From contig CM052818.1 of the NCBI GenBank assembly GCA_028534125.1, positions 3,784,001-3,848,000 of the forward strand: a DNA stretch of 64,000 nucleotides, in the 5' to 3' direction. This document shows positions 39,770-53,082 of this stretch, piece by piece (the first letter of the stretch is position 1; each line of letters starts with the position of its first letter). The notes below the pieces were generated by a model. The model searched no databases. It was not told where the DNA came from and saw only the letters and a program-made list of their open reading frames with translations. The stretch comes from Lama glama. Taxonomy: Eukaryota. A program made the position numbers and the translations under genes.

Positions 39770-39900
39770 AATTAATTCATTAACTCAACAATTATTCACT
39801 GAGTGCCTATTATATGCTGGGATATAGCAGTGAATAACCAGATGAAGTTCATGCCACCTGGGGCTTATATTTCAATGTCCATGATTAAAATCTAAGGTAA
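39770..39900. mobile_element. L2 3' end
   Basis: attcattaactcaacaattattcactgagtgcctattatatgctggg. Confidence 0.7.
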
Positions 39901-39926
39901 GTATGTGATGAATGTTAAAATGGAAG

Positions 39927-40168
39927 GTTTTATTTTTTTAATTGAAGTATAGTTGATTTACAATGTTGTGTTAGTTTCTGGTGTACAGCATAGTGATTCA
40001 GTCATATATATATTCTTTTTCATAGTCTTTCTCATTATGGACTATTACAAAGTAATGAATAGAGTTCTCTGTGCTGTACAGTAGGACCTTGTTGCTTATC
40101 TATATTATATATAGATAGTAGTTAGTATCTGCAAATCCTGAACTCCCAATTTATCCCTCCAAACCCCC
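39927..40168 (-). mobile_element. L1 3'UTR fragment
   Basis: ttaattgaagtatagttgatttacaatgttgtgttagtttctggtgtacagc...aactcccaatttatccctcc. Confidence 0.9.
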
Positions 40169-40376
40169 TTGCATACTCTTTTTTGTTCTAGGCTATTACA
40201 AGATAAAGTGTGTTTTGGATCACAGATCTGCCTACAACCCAAGAGTGAGCCGAGGAATTATGGGGCCTGCCAAGTTCACATCTGGTGGCAGGAGAAAATT
40301 ATCCCAACAGGAAAGTTTACAAGGGGTGGAGGGAAATACAAACCAACGTTTTATTTTGATCATGCGCAAGTCATCT

Positions 40377-40405
40377 CGTGCCACGTGCCACGTGCCACGT
40401 GCCAC
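40377..40405 (+). repeat. (CGTGCCA)4 tandem repeat containing three CACGTG E-boxes
   Basis: cgtgccacgtgccacgtgccacgtgccac read directly. Confidence 0.9.
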
Positions 40406-43400
40406 TGCTCAGAAAGAGCGGGACCCAGTTTTGCGGGGGCCGGTATCAAGGAGCTAGCTCAGCCTGCAGGGCAGGGAATGGTTTGATCTCCCTGAGCCTG
40501 GGGACTCCTGCATCATTTTTCTCTTCTCCCTCCTCGCAGGACCCAGAAATGCTCTCCGGGACGGGGCTCTTCCGCGCACTCAGTTCCGTACACACGTCCA
40601 GCTCTTTTTCTCCTACAGGCGGGCTGTGACCTGGTAGGGACTGCTCTTGTTCTGGCCTCAGTCCTGCCTGGCTCAGCCCTGCTGACTGTGGGTCCTCAGG
40701 GGCTGGTGGAGGGACCGCATCGGCCCATCCTTCTCGGGGTCCATGCCCCTGCCCACGTCCCGAGGCTGCTGGCACCTGGCACCGGGTCATCTGCTCGCAA
40801 CTTGTAAAAGTCAGAGGAAACGCTGAGTGGAACCCGGGCCTCTTGGCATTCAGGTTCTTTCCACAACCGCTTTCGGGAGACGGATTGAGGTGTTGCCCTG
40901 ACACTGAAATGGAATTTATGCACCAGCATGAAAGAAATACATCTGGGCATTTAACAGAGTGTTAGGGATGGGGTCTGGCAAACCCGCCAAGATGTGTATT
41001 TCGATAGGATGAGCTTTTCCAGGGTGGAACCTGGCAAGGCCCCTGGTCTTTGCAGAAGGTAACTGAGGCAATGGAAATGGACCGACATTCTTACCAAGGA
41101 TGGGCTCTTCAGCAAGGTGTCTGTTTAACCTATTTACAACACACACCATTCGGTTTGGGATTTTTAAAATGTATAGGGGGGAAAAAAAGGAAGGTCTGGT
41201 CCCATCAGGGAAACAGGATTGTTAAACGAAGTGGCCATTTTTCGTGTGAGTTCGAAGCATGAAGCAGATGTAGGACTGTTTCTTGTGTCTCTCAGGCAGT
41301 TGGCCATTTGGCAAAGAGAGATCGCAGACCACCTTGTCAGGGAAGCAGGGCTTCTGCGGTCCAGGAAGTGAGTGCCCAAGGCTACAAGTTCAAGGTTGAA
41401 GCTCAAGTGCAAGTCTAGGGGTTTCAGGCCCCTCCTGTGTAAGAGGAAGACACTGGCTGTAGCGAAAGGGCTCTTAAGGCAGCGGTTTTGCAGTTAGTTT
41501 GTGCTTCATAGGTTATTTATTGTGTTTAATATTTAGTACTAGTTATATGTTGTATTATGTTGTTTATAAAAAACAACAAAGGAATGGATACTATTTTCTT
41601 AATAGTGTAATGATATACCTAATTCTTATATTAAATATTATATATTTTAATTATAGTTAATATAATTAAATATTATTATAATAAGTCACAGGTTAGGTTA
41701 AGGGGTCACATTTGGGGCCGTTCTCAGATATGGCAGCTCCAGTTAGAGCTGATGCCCGATAGCTGGGGACTGGCTTTCACCAAAGTGAGTCTGGGGCCAA
41801 GTCCCCCCTCCCTGGGGGTTGCTGGTCATATAAGGAGAATCTACTGGATCTTCTTTTCTGCAGAGTAGTTGAGGTGGCTTCCCTGGTTTTGCTGCCCTCC
41901 CCTCCCCCCATAAAAGCACCATGTCTAAGATCTTGGGGGATTCTCTCTTCCTCTGTCACCGCTCCCTCAGCTTCTGTCTCCCTGGCCTTCCTTTTGCTTG
42001 CTTCCTTCTTTACTGCCTTCCTGCTTCTCTTCTCGAGTGCCTACCACCGGCGAGGTATTCGAGACAGAAAGGGGGTGACACCAGCAATGAAATGCTAAAT
42101 GAGTGGGACACAGCAACATAATGACAGTTCAGAGGCAGAAGGCATCGTCAAGTCTTGGAAGGGACCAGCCAAGCTTTCTAGAGGACAGAGGACTGGACCG
42201 AGTTACAATGAGAGGAGAGGAAAGTCCGGGATAACCTGGGCCAGGGCATGGCATGAGCAGAGGGCCAGATGCGGGAATGCATAAGACCTGTGGGCTGAAA
42301 CAACGCCTCAAAGGGCAGGCTGCTTTGTAGAGGACTTGTGGAGGGGCAGGCGGAGTCTGACTGACTGTGGAGGGCGATGAGGGCCATGCCGTTTGGCCCA
42401 GCATTTCCCAAAGTGCCTTCCACAGGGTGCTGGTCCCCAGGGATGCTCTACAAAAACAGAGCTGTCATTTACAAGTGTGGGAAAGGCTGCATGATACATC
42501 CCTCCCCTTTGGAGATTCCCATTGCAGCTGATTCATACAAGCGTCTTTGAAGTCTTGCAGAGAAAAAGAACCTTTTAAACACTGTCAAGTGTGGCATTTT
42601 CCAAATGCATTTGATGCCTAGGAGCAGCTGGGGAGTAAGGGTCCACAGGACACGCCTCGTGTGGGCAGGCAGCAGGAGCTGATGAAGGTTTCGGAGGGGG
42701 CGTAGTTTGTTGCTGTCAGGGAGTCAGAACTCCCTCACATCAGAGAGCAGGGTGTGGAGCTTACGCAGACGTGCCAAACACCTGCTGCTGCGGTTCATCC
42801 CCCTCTGTTTTCCTGGGAAGAGACTGGCTGGCTGGTAGGTGAAGAAGGGCGAGGTCTCATTCCTTAGCACTGAGAGCATTAGTGAAGGCTCAATGCCCAT
42901 GCCAAGAAAATGTTTTCACTGGCGGGAGAGGAGCTGCATATCCATACGCATGCGCATGTAAACTTGCTGACTGGCGACCCTGTTGGTTTCCGTGCTTTTC
43001 TTTGTTTAGCCAAAGCCTGAGCATCCTTGGAGGAAAAGGTGAAATCACACCTTCTCTCTGCCATCCTTTCAGACCAAGCCTGGCCTCCAGCTCGCCCCCG
43101 CCACCCATGATCGCTCTCTTGCTGTCAGCAGCACATAATTGCTTTACGACCCACAACCTGGTTTCTTCTCCATCCTCTTTGTCCCCTATTCAGGAGTGCC
43201 TACCCCAACCCTGTGCCCCAGTGTGCATGATGTATTGGCGGATGATTGGCATATAGCACATCGCCTTCTGCTTTTTCAGCCTCCAACTGGTAGCAGGGCA
43301 AATGAAGGTGCAAACGACTCATCTTCCTGCTAGCCCCAAAATGAGATCGGAAGAATAGAATCACTTCCCTTTTATTTTCACTGAAGCGATTCCAGAATAT

Positions 43401-43639
43401 AACGAGGCCTCATTGTTTATCATGGATGTGTTTCTAAAGGTCACCACGAACAATTAAGAGGCTAACAGGTGGGACAATGAGCACAGAGCAAAACAAAGGG
43501 GTGAAACTGGCATTCTGCTGGAGGTTCATTCTGCTTCCTGGGCAATTCTGAGAGGCCACTGCTGGGTGAACAGGATTCGATTTCCCAGAGCAGAATGTTG
43601 GGAAGGACGCTGTGGGATGTGGAGGGGCAGTCAGGTCAA

Positions 43640-44340
43640 AAGAGGGCTAAGGTGTCCATCACCAAGTCTCATCAGCTGTATCTCCACAACACTTCCAGAA
43701 TCCATCCACTCTCCATTTCCACGGCATCCTCCCCGGGCCACCACCACTGCCTCTCACCCAGGGCTGTTGCTACAAGGTCCTCAGTGATCTCCCAGCTTCC
43801 TCTCTGGCCCTCTGCAATCCATTCTCCCACCGCATCAAGGGTGGTCCCGGTAGGATGTGAGTTACATCACTTCCCTCCTCTGTGAACCCTCCACTCCGTG
43901 AGGCCTTCCATTACACACAGAGTCAAATCCAATCTCTACTTTACACGCCCTGCCTGCCTTGGCCCCTGCCTTCCTCCCTGGCCGCGCCACCCTCCCATCT
44001 CCCACTGCATTTGCCTCTGACTTCCTCCAACATGCCGTGCCCTCTCCAGCTGCCCAAGTTTGCACTGTTGTTCCTCTCCTGACCTTGACATGGTCAGATC
44101 CTTTTTGTCATTCTGATCTCACCTTCAGTGTCACCTATTCAATGTCAGCCTCTCCAAAGAGAGGGCTTTTTGGACCATGCAGGCTAGATATCTGTTCTCT
44201 TTCCATCCCACCACCTACTTTAATTTTTGGCGGAGCACTTAACACTTGAGTGCTGGGGCTCCTGGGGTGCAGACTCCTTGGAGGGGAGTCCCCCTCCAAG
44301 GGCTTAGCCCAACAAATACATATATTGAATGAATAAATGC
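43640..44340 (+). mobile_element. L2 fragment with 3' end
   Basis: ccagaatccatccactctcc...caccactgcctctcaccca; ends aaatacatatattgaatgaataaatg. Confidence 0.75.
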
Positions 44341-44389
44341 TAGTCTTCTCATTCATCAGCCACAGAGCCTCTGCTCTTGAGTCTTCTGT

Positions 44390-44610
44390 AAGGTGAATTT
44401 CCTCATCTATAAAATGGAGATGAGAACATCCACATCAGAGGGTTATCAGAGGAAATATATTCAGAAGAATTACAAACTGCGAGGCTCTTGGCAAATACTA
44501 GCTACTATTGCTCAAGTCAAGTCAGTTTCCTTTTTGGTAAAATGGGGATAACAGTTGCTTTCCAGGAATTTTTCAGAGATGAAGTAGAACAGACAATGCG
44601 ATAAATGTAC
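44390..44610. mobile_element. MIR fragments
   Basis: tttcctcatctataaaatggagatgagaa and tcagtttcctttttggtaaaatggggataacag. Confidence 0.65.
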
Positions 44611-44934
44611 AAATATTTAGAACAAAAATTTGAATATCAGCGAGCCCTGTCTTCCCTGTGATGACAGCAGAGGGAAGCTTAAAAACAGAACCCGACATGC
44701 TGGTTTGGAGCAATGCAGGAGTTCTGGCCGCGAACGAGGAATCTGGCACAAGAACTGGCCCAGAAAGACGAAGTCACAGGTGACCTAACAGAAAACCAGG
44801 AAGGGCAGACAGTGACCTATTACCCTGAAATCCTCCTTGTGTCCACAAAATAGAGACAGTTGGAGGACTCAGGACCTATATGAAATCATGGTGTCTCCCT
44901 TCCCACAGGTGTCTTCTAGGCTAGTCCTCTAGAC

Positions 44935-45259
44935 CAGCTCGTTTCATGAGAAATATCATGCAAACCACATGTGATGTTCAGTTTTCTAGTAGCCACACTT
45001 GTAAAAAGTAAAGAGAAACAGTGGAGATTAATTTTAATAATCTATCTTTTTGAACCCAATAGATCCAGAATGTTATCATTTCAACACGTAATCAATATAA
45101 AAATGACTAAAGAGCTATTTCATGTTCTTCTTTTTTATACTCCATCTTTGAAAACCCAGAGTGTATTTCACACGCACAGCACGTGTCATTACTGAACTGT
45201 CACATTTCAAGTGTTCAATAGTCACAGCTGGCTAGGGGCTGCCTTATGGGACAGCGTGG
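44935..45259. mobile_element. MER33-like hAT-Charlie MITE with 8-bp TSD
   Basis: ttttctagtagccacac, tcatttcaacacgtaatcaatataaaaat and cacatttcaagtgttcaatag match recalled MER33. TSD ctctagac at 44927-44934 and 45260-45267. Confidence 0.88.
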
Positions 45260-45475
45260 CTCTAGACTTCACTTTTGAGGTGTTCAGGACCTAAAAACAT
45301 CTTTTGCTGCTTTGAGGGGGTGAAAGGGGAGGTCACAAATAATTCTGTCAAACATGACTCCATTGGTAATCCCACTAAGTTACCTACTATGATTCCACAC
45401 CTGGAGGAAAGCCCTTCTGGACTCTTCCACTGGCCGGTGAAGAGCCTAAAAGAAAACCACTTCCAGACTTCAGCG

Positions 45476-45744
45476 GGAGACGGTGTGGAGACACTGCTGT
45501 GGGAATGTACTTTGGTGCAGCTACTATGGAAAACAGTATGGAGATTCCTTAAAAAACTAAAAATAGGTTTTTTTTTTTTATCATATGACTCAGCAATTCT
45601 ACTCCTGGGCATACATCTGGAGGGAACTCTAATTCAAAAAATACATGCACCCTAATGTTCACAGCAGCACTATTTACAATAGCCAAGACATGGAAGCAAC
45701 CTAAGTGTCCATCAACAGATGACGGATAAAGAAATTGCATTACG

Positions 45745-45783
<39 letters not shown>

Positions 45784-46262
45784 CTCAGCCATAAAAAAAA
45801 AATGTCATTTGCGGCAACACGGATGGACCTGGAGATTGTCATACTAAGTGAAGTAAGCCAGAAAGAGAAAGAAAAATGCCATATGATATCACTCATACAT
45901 AGAATCTAAAAAATTGAGACAAATGAATTTATTTACAGAACAGAAACACATTCACAGACACAGAAAACAAACTTGTAGTTACTGGGGGCAAAGGGGGAGA
46001 TGTAGAGATAAACTGGGAGTTTGGGATTTGCAGATACTAGCTACTATATATAAAATAGATAAACAGCAAGGTCCTACTGTATGGCACAGGGAACTATATT
46101 CAATATCTTGTAATAACCTATAGTGAAAAAGAATGTGAAAAGGAATATATATATATATGTATAACTGAATCACTACGCTGTACACAAGAAACTAACACAA
46201 CGTTGCGAATTGACTATCCTTCAATTAAAACAAACAAACGAAAAAAACAAAACAAAAGAAAA
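45476..46262 (+). mobile_element. 5'-truncated L1 with internal (CA)n
   Basis: WECTLVQLLWKTVWRFLKKLK, a 3'UTR and an A-rich tail; CA repeat at ~45745-45780. Confidence 0.93.
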
Positions 46263-47626
46263 AACCTTAATTTAAATTCCTGTCATGGAAATACTTTTAT
46301 CTTTTGATCTCTACAGATGCTTTAAGACATGTAAAACTATTTGATACTGTGCCTGTCTGTCTTTCCTTCTGTCTGTCTGTCTATATGTATGTACGTATCT
46401 GCCTACCCATCTTCTGGAAGTGATATGAAGATTACTCATTTAGAATCAAATCACGTCCCTCTCCTCTAACCCTGGTGTTTCTGGGGAAGCATTATGAGAA
46501 GCTGTGTCTCTTCAGGGCGGGACAGTTCATTCCATGGTTTACAAAGCTAGAGAATTTCAATAATCAAATTGTTGCCATTTGAAAAAAAAATCGAACTTGG
46601 AAATGGATTAGAACTAAACACACTGTCATTGGAATGAGCTTAAGAGAACAAGAAAATTATTATGGAGTAAAGTTATCCCCAAATTATTGTTCTCCTTGGA
46701 CTCATAAATCTATTATATTGTCTTGGACAGTTTGGGCACAGATCGGTGAGTTTTATAAAGGACAGGCATCAGAGTCTGGCTGTGGATGACACTCTGAGGA
46801 CCAGAACAGTCATTCCAGCATTAGCATCTACAGCAGTTTGAAAGCACAGTCACATTGCTGGATGAAACTGGAATTTTCACACGGGCAGGGTAAATCTTTT
46901 CGATGTTTCCATCCATGTTGCTTATCAGTGACCTGGTGTGGGATGTAGTCATGGGGCTTGCTGGCATGACGCTAATTACTTGGAAGGTCTACGTTTTGCT
47001 GGGAGATTCTGTTTTGATCCGTCAGCAAACACATTTTCAACTTCAGGCCACCAGCAGAAGATCTGGTGCAGAGCAAGCGTGTGTAGCTGATGGGGTCTAG
47101 TGGGAACCACGGACTCTGGGCAGTTCTCATGTACTGATTCCTGGTTTGGAGGGATGCTGACTGTTTATAAGCACAGAAGTTGGCCTCAGTTCTGCAGCTG
47201 CCTTGGCCATCTCTGAAGGACCACACGGCATCCCCTGGTAGACGTGGTGGGGCATTGAGCCCATGGCTTTATAAACTCTGGTAAATCACCAATGGGAAAA
47301 CACTCACTCTCTCCTGTCCATTTCTCTCTACCTCCATGCCTAAGAAACCCAGCCTTGCTTGGTCAGAACTACTTTCCTTGCTAGAAAGAGAAAGAGTGAG
47401 CACCCCCGAAGTGAACCCTGCCATCACTGTGGATTCTGAACATAACTCTGCTCTCGGGGGTATTAGCCAAGAGAAAAAAATGGAAAAACACTAAAACACG
47501 AAATGAACATCACAAGAATGAATTTATGACATGAGACTAGTAAAGTCAGAGAGTTGTTCTTCTATGAAACTTTCTATTTTCAAACAATTTAAAGGAAAAG
47601 TCAGTTACTGATAAATGGCAATGACA

Positions 47627-47695
47627 TACGCCAGAAACTGACACAACACTGTCAACTGACTGCACTTCAATAAAAGACAATGCAAATGAAAAAAA
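47627..47695 (+). mobile_element. 69-nt L1 3' terminus with TSD
   Basis: ccagaaactgacacaacactgtcaactgactgcacttcaataaaa; TSD ggcaatgaca at 47617-47626 and 47696-47705. Confidence 0.85.
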
Positions 47696-48105
47696 GGCAA
47701 TGACAAAAAGTATGACTAGCAATTCTAAGGAAAGTTTAATGTTTTAATAACCCTTAATCAGCTTCATTTTACCTGAAGATGCCCCTAGGAGACACCGGAA
47801 GAGAGAGGGTTCCTATGTCTTTACTAAAGGCAGCGATTTTTTTTTTTGAGACACCTTTGCCCACTACTGAAATGCAGCTGCCTATGAAGGGAACATTACA
47901 AAAGTTTAGAAACAGCTGCGACCACCTGGGGGTAGTAAAAAAAAAAGTCATAATCCCCAGGTCAAGAAAATTGAACCATGTCCTCAGTGCTGTGAGGGAA
48001 AACAAAAAGAAGGAAAAGAAAGAGCTATGGTCCTTTTCCTCAAATCACTTAGAGCTTACCCCAGGAGTGAAAAGTCAGTCCTGGCTTTAAATTAAAATGG
48101 TGCTA

Positions 48106-48415
48106 CAGACAGAAAACAAACTTGTGGTTACCAGAGGTGGAAGGGGTGGGAAGGGATAAATTGGGAGTTTGAGATTTGCAGATACTAGCTACCATCTATA
48201 AAACAGGTAACAAGCTTATATTGTACAGCACAGGGAACTGTATTCAATATCTCGTGGTAACCTGTAATGAAAAAGAATATGAAAAGGAATATCTGCAATG
48301 TTTATGTATGACTGAAACTATAAACTGTAAACCAGAAATGGACACAACATTGTAAACTGACTCTACTTCAATGTAAAAAATGGGAAAACAAACAAACAAA
48401 CAAACAAACAAAAAC
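48106..48415 (+). mobile_element. L1 3'UTR fragment with TSD
   Basis: TSD taaaatggtgcta at 48093-48105 and 48416-48428; (AAAC)n tail. Confidence 0.92.
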
Positions 48416-48569
48416 TAAAATGGTGCTAAATTTTGTGGCGGTAGTTATGAGCCCAGGAGGAAGGAGGGGTCAAACAATGAGCAGGAACTGGGAGAGAGCC
48501 TTGAGGGGCAGCGGGCTGGGTACCTGGAGGGTGGGGAGGGCAGAGCCAGGAGGTGGGGTGTGACTGTTC

Positions 48570-48930
48570 CCCCTTCCCTGCTCCAGTGTCAGCCTCCCCT
48601 TCCATCTGGGCCTTCACACATGCGGTTCCTTCCAACCAGAAGGCCTTTCCCTCACTTCATCAGGAGAGCGATCCTTCTGGGTCTCAGCCCAATGGTCTCT
48701 TCTTCTTGGATGTCTTCTCTGATCCCCTAGTCTGGGCTGAATCTCCTTGCTCTATGCTTCCATGGGACCCCAAATGCTCCCAACACTTCCATACCACTTA
48801 CCACTTCGAGTTCTAACTTAGTGCTTTTCTGACCACGCTGTTGTACACCCGACAGGGGCAGGGGTCTTGCCTTCTTCATGCTAAATCCCCACTACCTAGC
48901 TTGGCGCGTGCTATAGGGTAGGATGTCAAA
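48570..48930 (+). mobile_element. L2 fragment
   Basis: gggccttcacacatgcggttccttcc...gacaggggcaggggtcttgccttcttcat. Confidence 0.55.
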
Positions 48931-50939
48931 TGGGTGGGTGTCCTCTGTCTTAGACCCAATGTCGGGGATAAATGGGGAGGCAGGCAGAGGTGGAATCAGG
49001 GGGAGAAAATATGAGGTTCCTTGGGAATGCAGCACACTGCGGGGGAGGGCAGGTCACCGTGAGAGGATAAGCAGTGGTTATGTCACCTTGGGCAGGGTAT
49101 AAAAATGGAAAGGTGTTGGGAGGTGGGAGAAGGTAGGCAGACAGAAAAGGAGGTGACTGAGGGCAAGGGATCAACTCTACCTTCCAAATAGGCCTGGTTT
49201 ATCTTTTCTTCAAGAGGTTAAGCCCAGTGGTGACTCCCACCCTCTTCTCCTGGTCTGGGGTGAGGACTCAGGGAGAGCCAGGCAGTGGCGGGCTGGTGGG
49301 TGCTGGTCTTGTCACTTCCACTAATTCCCTTGGTGACCCTGAATGGAGCAAGGGTCTTATTATGTGAACATTATCTTCCTAACAGGCGAAAAGGAAGGAA
49401 GTAAGGTGGTGACAGGGGAGTGTTTGGAGGTCTCTCCACCACCTCTCAGGACCTCAGTTCCCTTACCTGGAAAATGAAGGGACTTGGATCATGAGGAATC
49501 CCCAATCCGTTCCTGAGACTGAGGGTCAGACTGAGGTGTGGTGGTCACGGGAATGCTGGGAGAAGATGGGTGTCCCTGTGGATGCTCTGCGGCAGGCTGA
49601 CTCCTCCCTGCCCTGTGGATTCTGGAAGTCTACCTCCTAGGTCAGAGTCTGCTATCTATGATCCAGCCCAACACTGTGGGGCCAGAACAGAACTCCCCAC
49701 CGGCCTGGATCAGGATGGTTCTTGACCGAGACCTGCTGCCGGGTTGTAGACTCTCCCTAGTGATGATCCTGGAAACGAGCCCTCCCTCCCTCTATCCTGA
49801 TTCTGTTTGGAAGGAAAAAAATGAGGTCAGAGAATCTGAAGAGGGATGTCAGGGGTACAGCCCTGCCTTGTTCAGCCTCCAGGATTTAATTCTGCTTTGT
49901 TTGCTATTTGCAACTTAATATCAGGGCTTGAACTTCCATGGCCGCAGCTGTTTAGGAGATGAGGCAATTCAAAGGTAAAAGTCATCAGCTAAGCTATAAA
50001 ATGGTGATGATGATGAGTGTGTAAGTGGATATGGGTGTGGAAAAGAGGGGTGAGATGATGGGGGATTCAACCACATCAGTTACCTTCAGGTCTGTTTACT
50101 TAGAGACCTCCTACTGGGGGCAGGAAGTTGGTGCAAAAAAAAAAAAAGAAACAACCCTCAAGATGGTATATTTCGCAGCATCAACTTTGGGTTTGACGTC
50201 TCTGAAAAAAGTTGACTTTGCAGGTTTTGGGTACAGTTTGGTTTCTGCTGTGGACAGAGGATCTCTTGAACTTTTTCTTTTGTAAATTCAGGAAAGGAAG
50301 CCAAGAATTCTGAGTACTCGTGTTCCTCTCCAATGAGACAGTGAAGGAAAGATTTCCAAGGGTGAGAACTGAATAAATCCTACTGAGAATTCAAACATCC
50401 AGGGAAGGGCCTCTGCCAAAATAAATCACACCCTCTAGGAACATTTCCTATAATTTGGTTTTTTTTTTTTTCTTAAATGATCTACTCTCACAAAAGTTCG
50501 TAAAAGGTCAGAAGTCAATGGCTAGCAAATCAGACTTTCTTTCCAGAGCTGTTGGGAACTTACAGCCTGGGGTCAGACACTGATAGAAATTTCGAAGATC
50601 CCTGTTTACTCAAAGTAAAAAACCAATCTATTCTATGCAAACCTTTCCCCCCTACTCTTCCTAGATAGAAATGTGCACTTTTTTTTGGCAGTTTCCTGAA
50701 TTGAATTAAAGAGCAGAGTGACTTAAAAAAAAAAAAGCCGATATAAAGTTTATGGCAAGAAAAATTGACCTTCGTATAAAGACTTCAATATAACTTGATT
50801 CTTTTAGTCATGGTTGACTTAAATATGAGGCTAGTTTTGAGAAGCTGTTTTTCAGACATGCTGAGATCTAACTGAATGTCTCTGAAATCAATGGCAGTTT
50901 TAAGGCGGAAGGAAGGGAAGAAATGAATTCCCATCTATT

Positions 50940-51110
50940 TGAATTCTTTATACTTGTCATTTTATTTAATTAAACGTAGGGATTATTGGATCATTTTTAT
51001 GCACTAGGAAACTGAAGCTCAGTGAGGCTGATTAATGTGACCACGAGGCAGCGCTGGGATTTAACTTGGGTGTCTCAGAGATAAAGCGATGGCCTCTTTC
51101 TCTGTGCCAC
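50940..51110. mobile_element. MIR SINE
   Basis: catttttatgcactaggaaactgaagctcagtgagg...gctgggatttaactt. Confidence 0.65.
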
Positions 51111-52909
51111 GCTGTAGTGAGTTTCAGCTACTGCCATCTTCATTCATGTCTTTTCACGTCGTGTTGCCACTGAATTCAAGCCTGACAACCCACGCTTGGA
51201 TGGTTACAATGGCTTATTAATGATTTACCAGTACATTACATCCACTGAGTTCTTTGGGAGAATGATTTTAATCTGGCTGTTCTGCAAGACAAGACATCTA
51301 TGGCCAAGTTTGACGTATCAATGAAAAACAATTAAGAACTCTATGAATATCTAGTCAAATCAGAGCTTTGAAAAACTTTTTGAGAACCTTTGTGTTAGAT
51401 TAAATTTCTTAAAATATAATATAATTTGACCCTTGAATATTTACCCTAGATGAAGATCAGCTCAAAATGGCTTTGGAACTAAGTCTGATTTTTGAGTCTG
51501 ATCATCAGGGTTGTGAGATCGCATCCTTGTGCCCCATCCAGCCCTGTGAGGTACCAGGTGTCCCGGCACTCCATCCTGAGAGGTTTCTCCTCATTCCGCA
51601 GGTTGGCCACGGGCACTTACGGGCTGCAAGCTGGTTCTGGAAACCTGCTACCTTGGCCCTTCTACAAACTGACTGCTTGTCGAAGTCCCGACTTCCCTCC
51701 AAAGCTCAATTCAAGCCCCGCCAGCCCTGGAGGAGGCCTCCCATCCCCTCAGGCTGCCTGCGACTGCCTCCCTCTGTGGCTGGCATTCCCTTCAGCTCTC
51801 TGGGTCTGCCCGGGAGCCACCCTGACAGCCATCCTTTCCGTCTCCTCAACCAGTTGTCCCTTCTTTGATGTCTCCTGCTTGTCTGTCTCTTGCACGGAGC
51901 CCTTCCGGGCACCTCAGCGGTCATTCACTGATAACGGTCACACTTAGCAAGTGGAGCAAACATTTCCTGCTCTTGGGTTTGCTCTGTTCCTTTGATTTTC
52001 CACAGTCAGTGTTGTCAGAACAGAGGAGTTTGCTAGAGAGGCAGTGAAGCAAGTTCAGAGGAAAGCTCAAGTTAGGAGTTTCCAATGAAAAGGTTTTCCT
52101 ATGAAAGGAAAATGACCAATGAGAGCTGCAGAGTCAGGCGAACTTCCCACAGAAGGTCACCCAACCAACCGTGTGTGTTCTGGACGCTAGGACTTGCCCA
52201 AGTCATCCATTTTCACCACGTCGTTCGGGTGTGTGTTAGAAATCTGATGTGCTGGTGTTTACACAGTTGGATCTGTTGTTTCACTGACAAGCAGTTCAAA
52301 TGGAAATGTTCATGTCTTTACACAGACACACGTGTGCTTTAAAATCACCAATATTCGGGAAGGGATGTCTTATCAGCACACATAAAAACAGCGGTCTTAA
52401 TGATTTTAATGGCATAGTAAACAAAATGACTTTAAAAAATTGCTTCCCCCTTAAACTCAAAGGGATAAAATTAAGTGAAAGAATTAGACACTAAATTATA
52501 TAAATCTAGGATCACAACTGAAGAAACAAGAGAATATAGGGTAAAAATTATGTTAGCTAAGTAAATGTTTTCTTGGGGAGTACAAAGAATGGTAAAAAGG
52601 ATGTTACAGGGAATAAAAAACTTGGGTGAACCCACTGGACTGAGCAATATTTTCAAAGGTATCTAAAGCAGTCCTTGAGGGAGTTAACTGCTTTCTATTT
52701 TCAAATGATGGGGACCATCGCTAGCCCACCTGGTGTCTATGTGTGAATCAGGAAAGGGCACCCCTTTCTGAAGTGAGGTGCATGCTTATCTCAGGGAGCT
52801 TGACCCGTCCAGTGATGTTTGGGGTGGACCTGTGGACCTGTACGTCTAGGTGTCTGCACGCCCTGCAAACAATTCCTTGGAAAAGGGAGGTGATATTAAA
52901 AAGTAAAGT

Positions 52910-53082
52910 AACAAGGTCCTATTGTATTACTGTATAGCACAGGGAACTATATTCAATATCTTGTAATAACCTATAATGAAAAAAATCTGTAAAAGAATAT
53001 ATATGTATAACTGAATCACTGTGCTGTACACCAGAAACTAACACAACATTGTAAATCAGCTGTATGCTTCAATGAAAAAAAC
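52910..53082 (+). mobile_element. L1 3'UTR fragment with TSD
   Basis: TSD aaaaagtaaagt at 52898-52909 and 53083-53094. Confidence 0.9.

Noticed and set aside
41500..41690. Very AT-rich quasi-palindromic tract
   Set aside because: Low complexity with no long perfect stem or identifiable element ends.
42945..42960. NRF1-like CGCATGCGCA motif
   Set aside because: Single imperfect site with no CpG island or promoter context.
51467..51947. Overlapping 133/151-aa ORFs and other 100-150-aa ORFs in GC-richer patches
   Set aside because: No recognisable domains or splice architecture; lengths are expected by chance.
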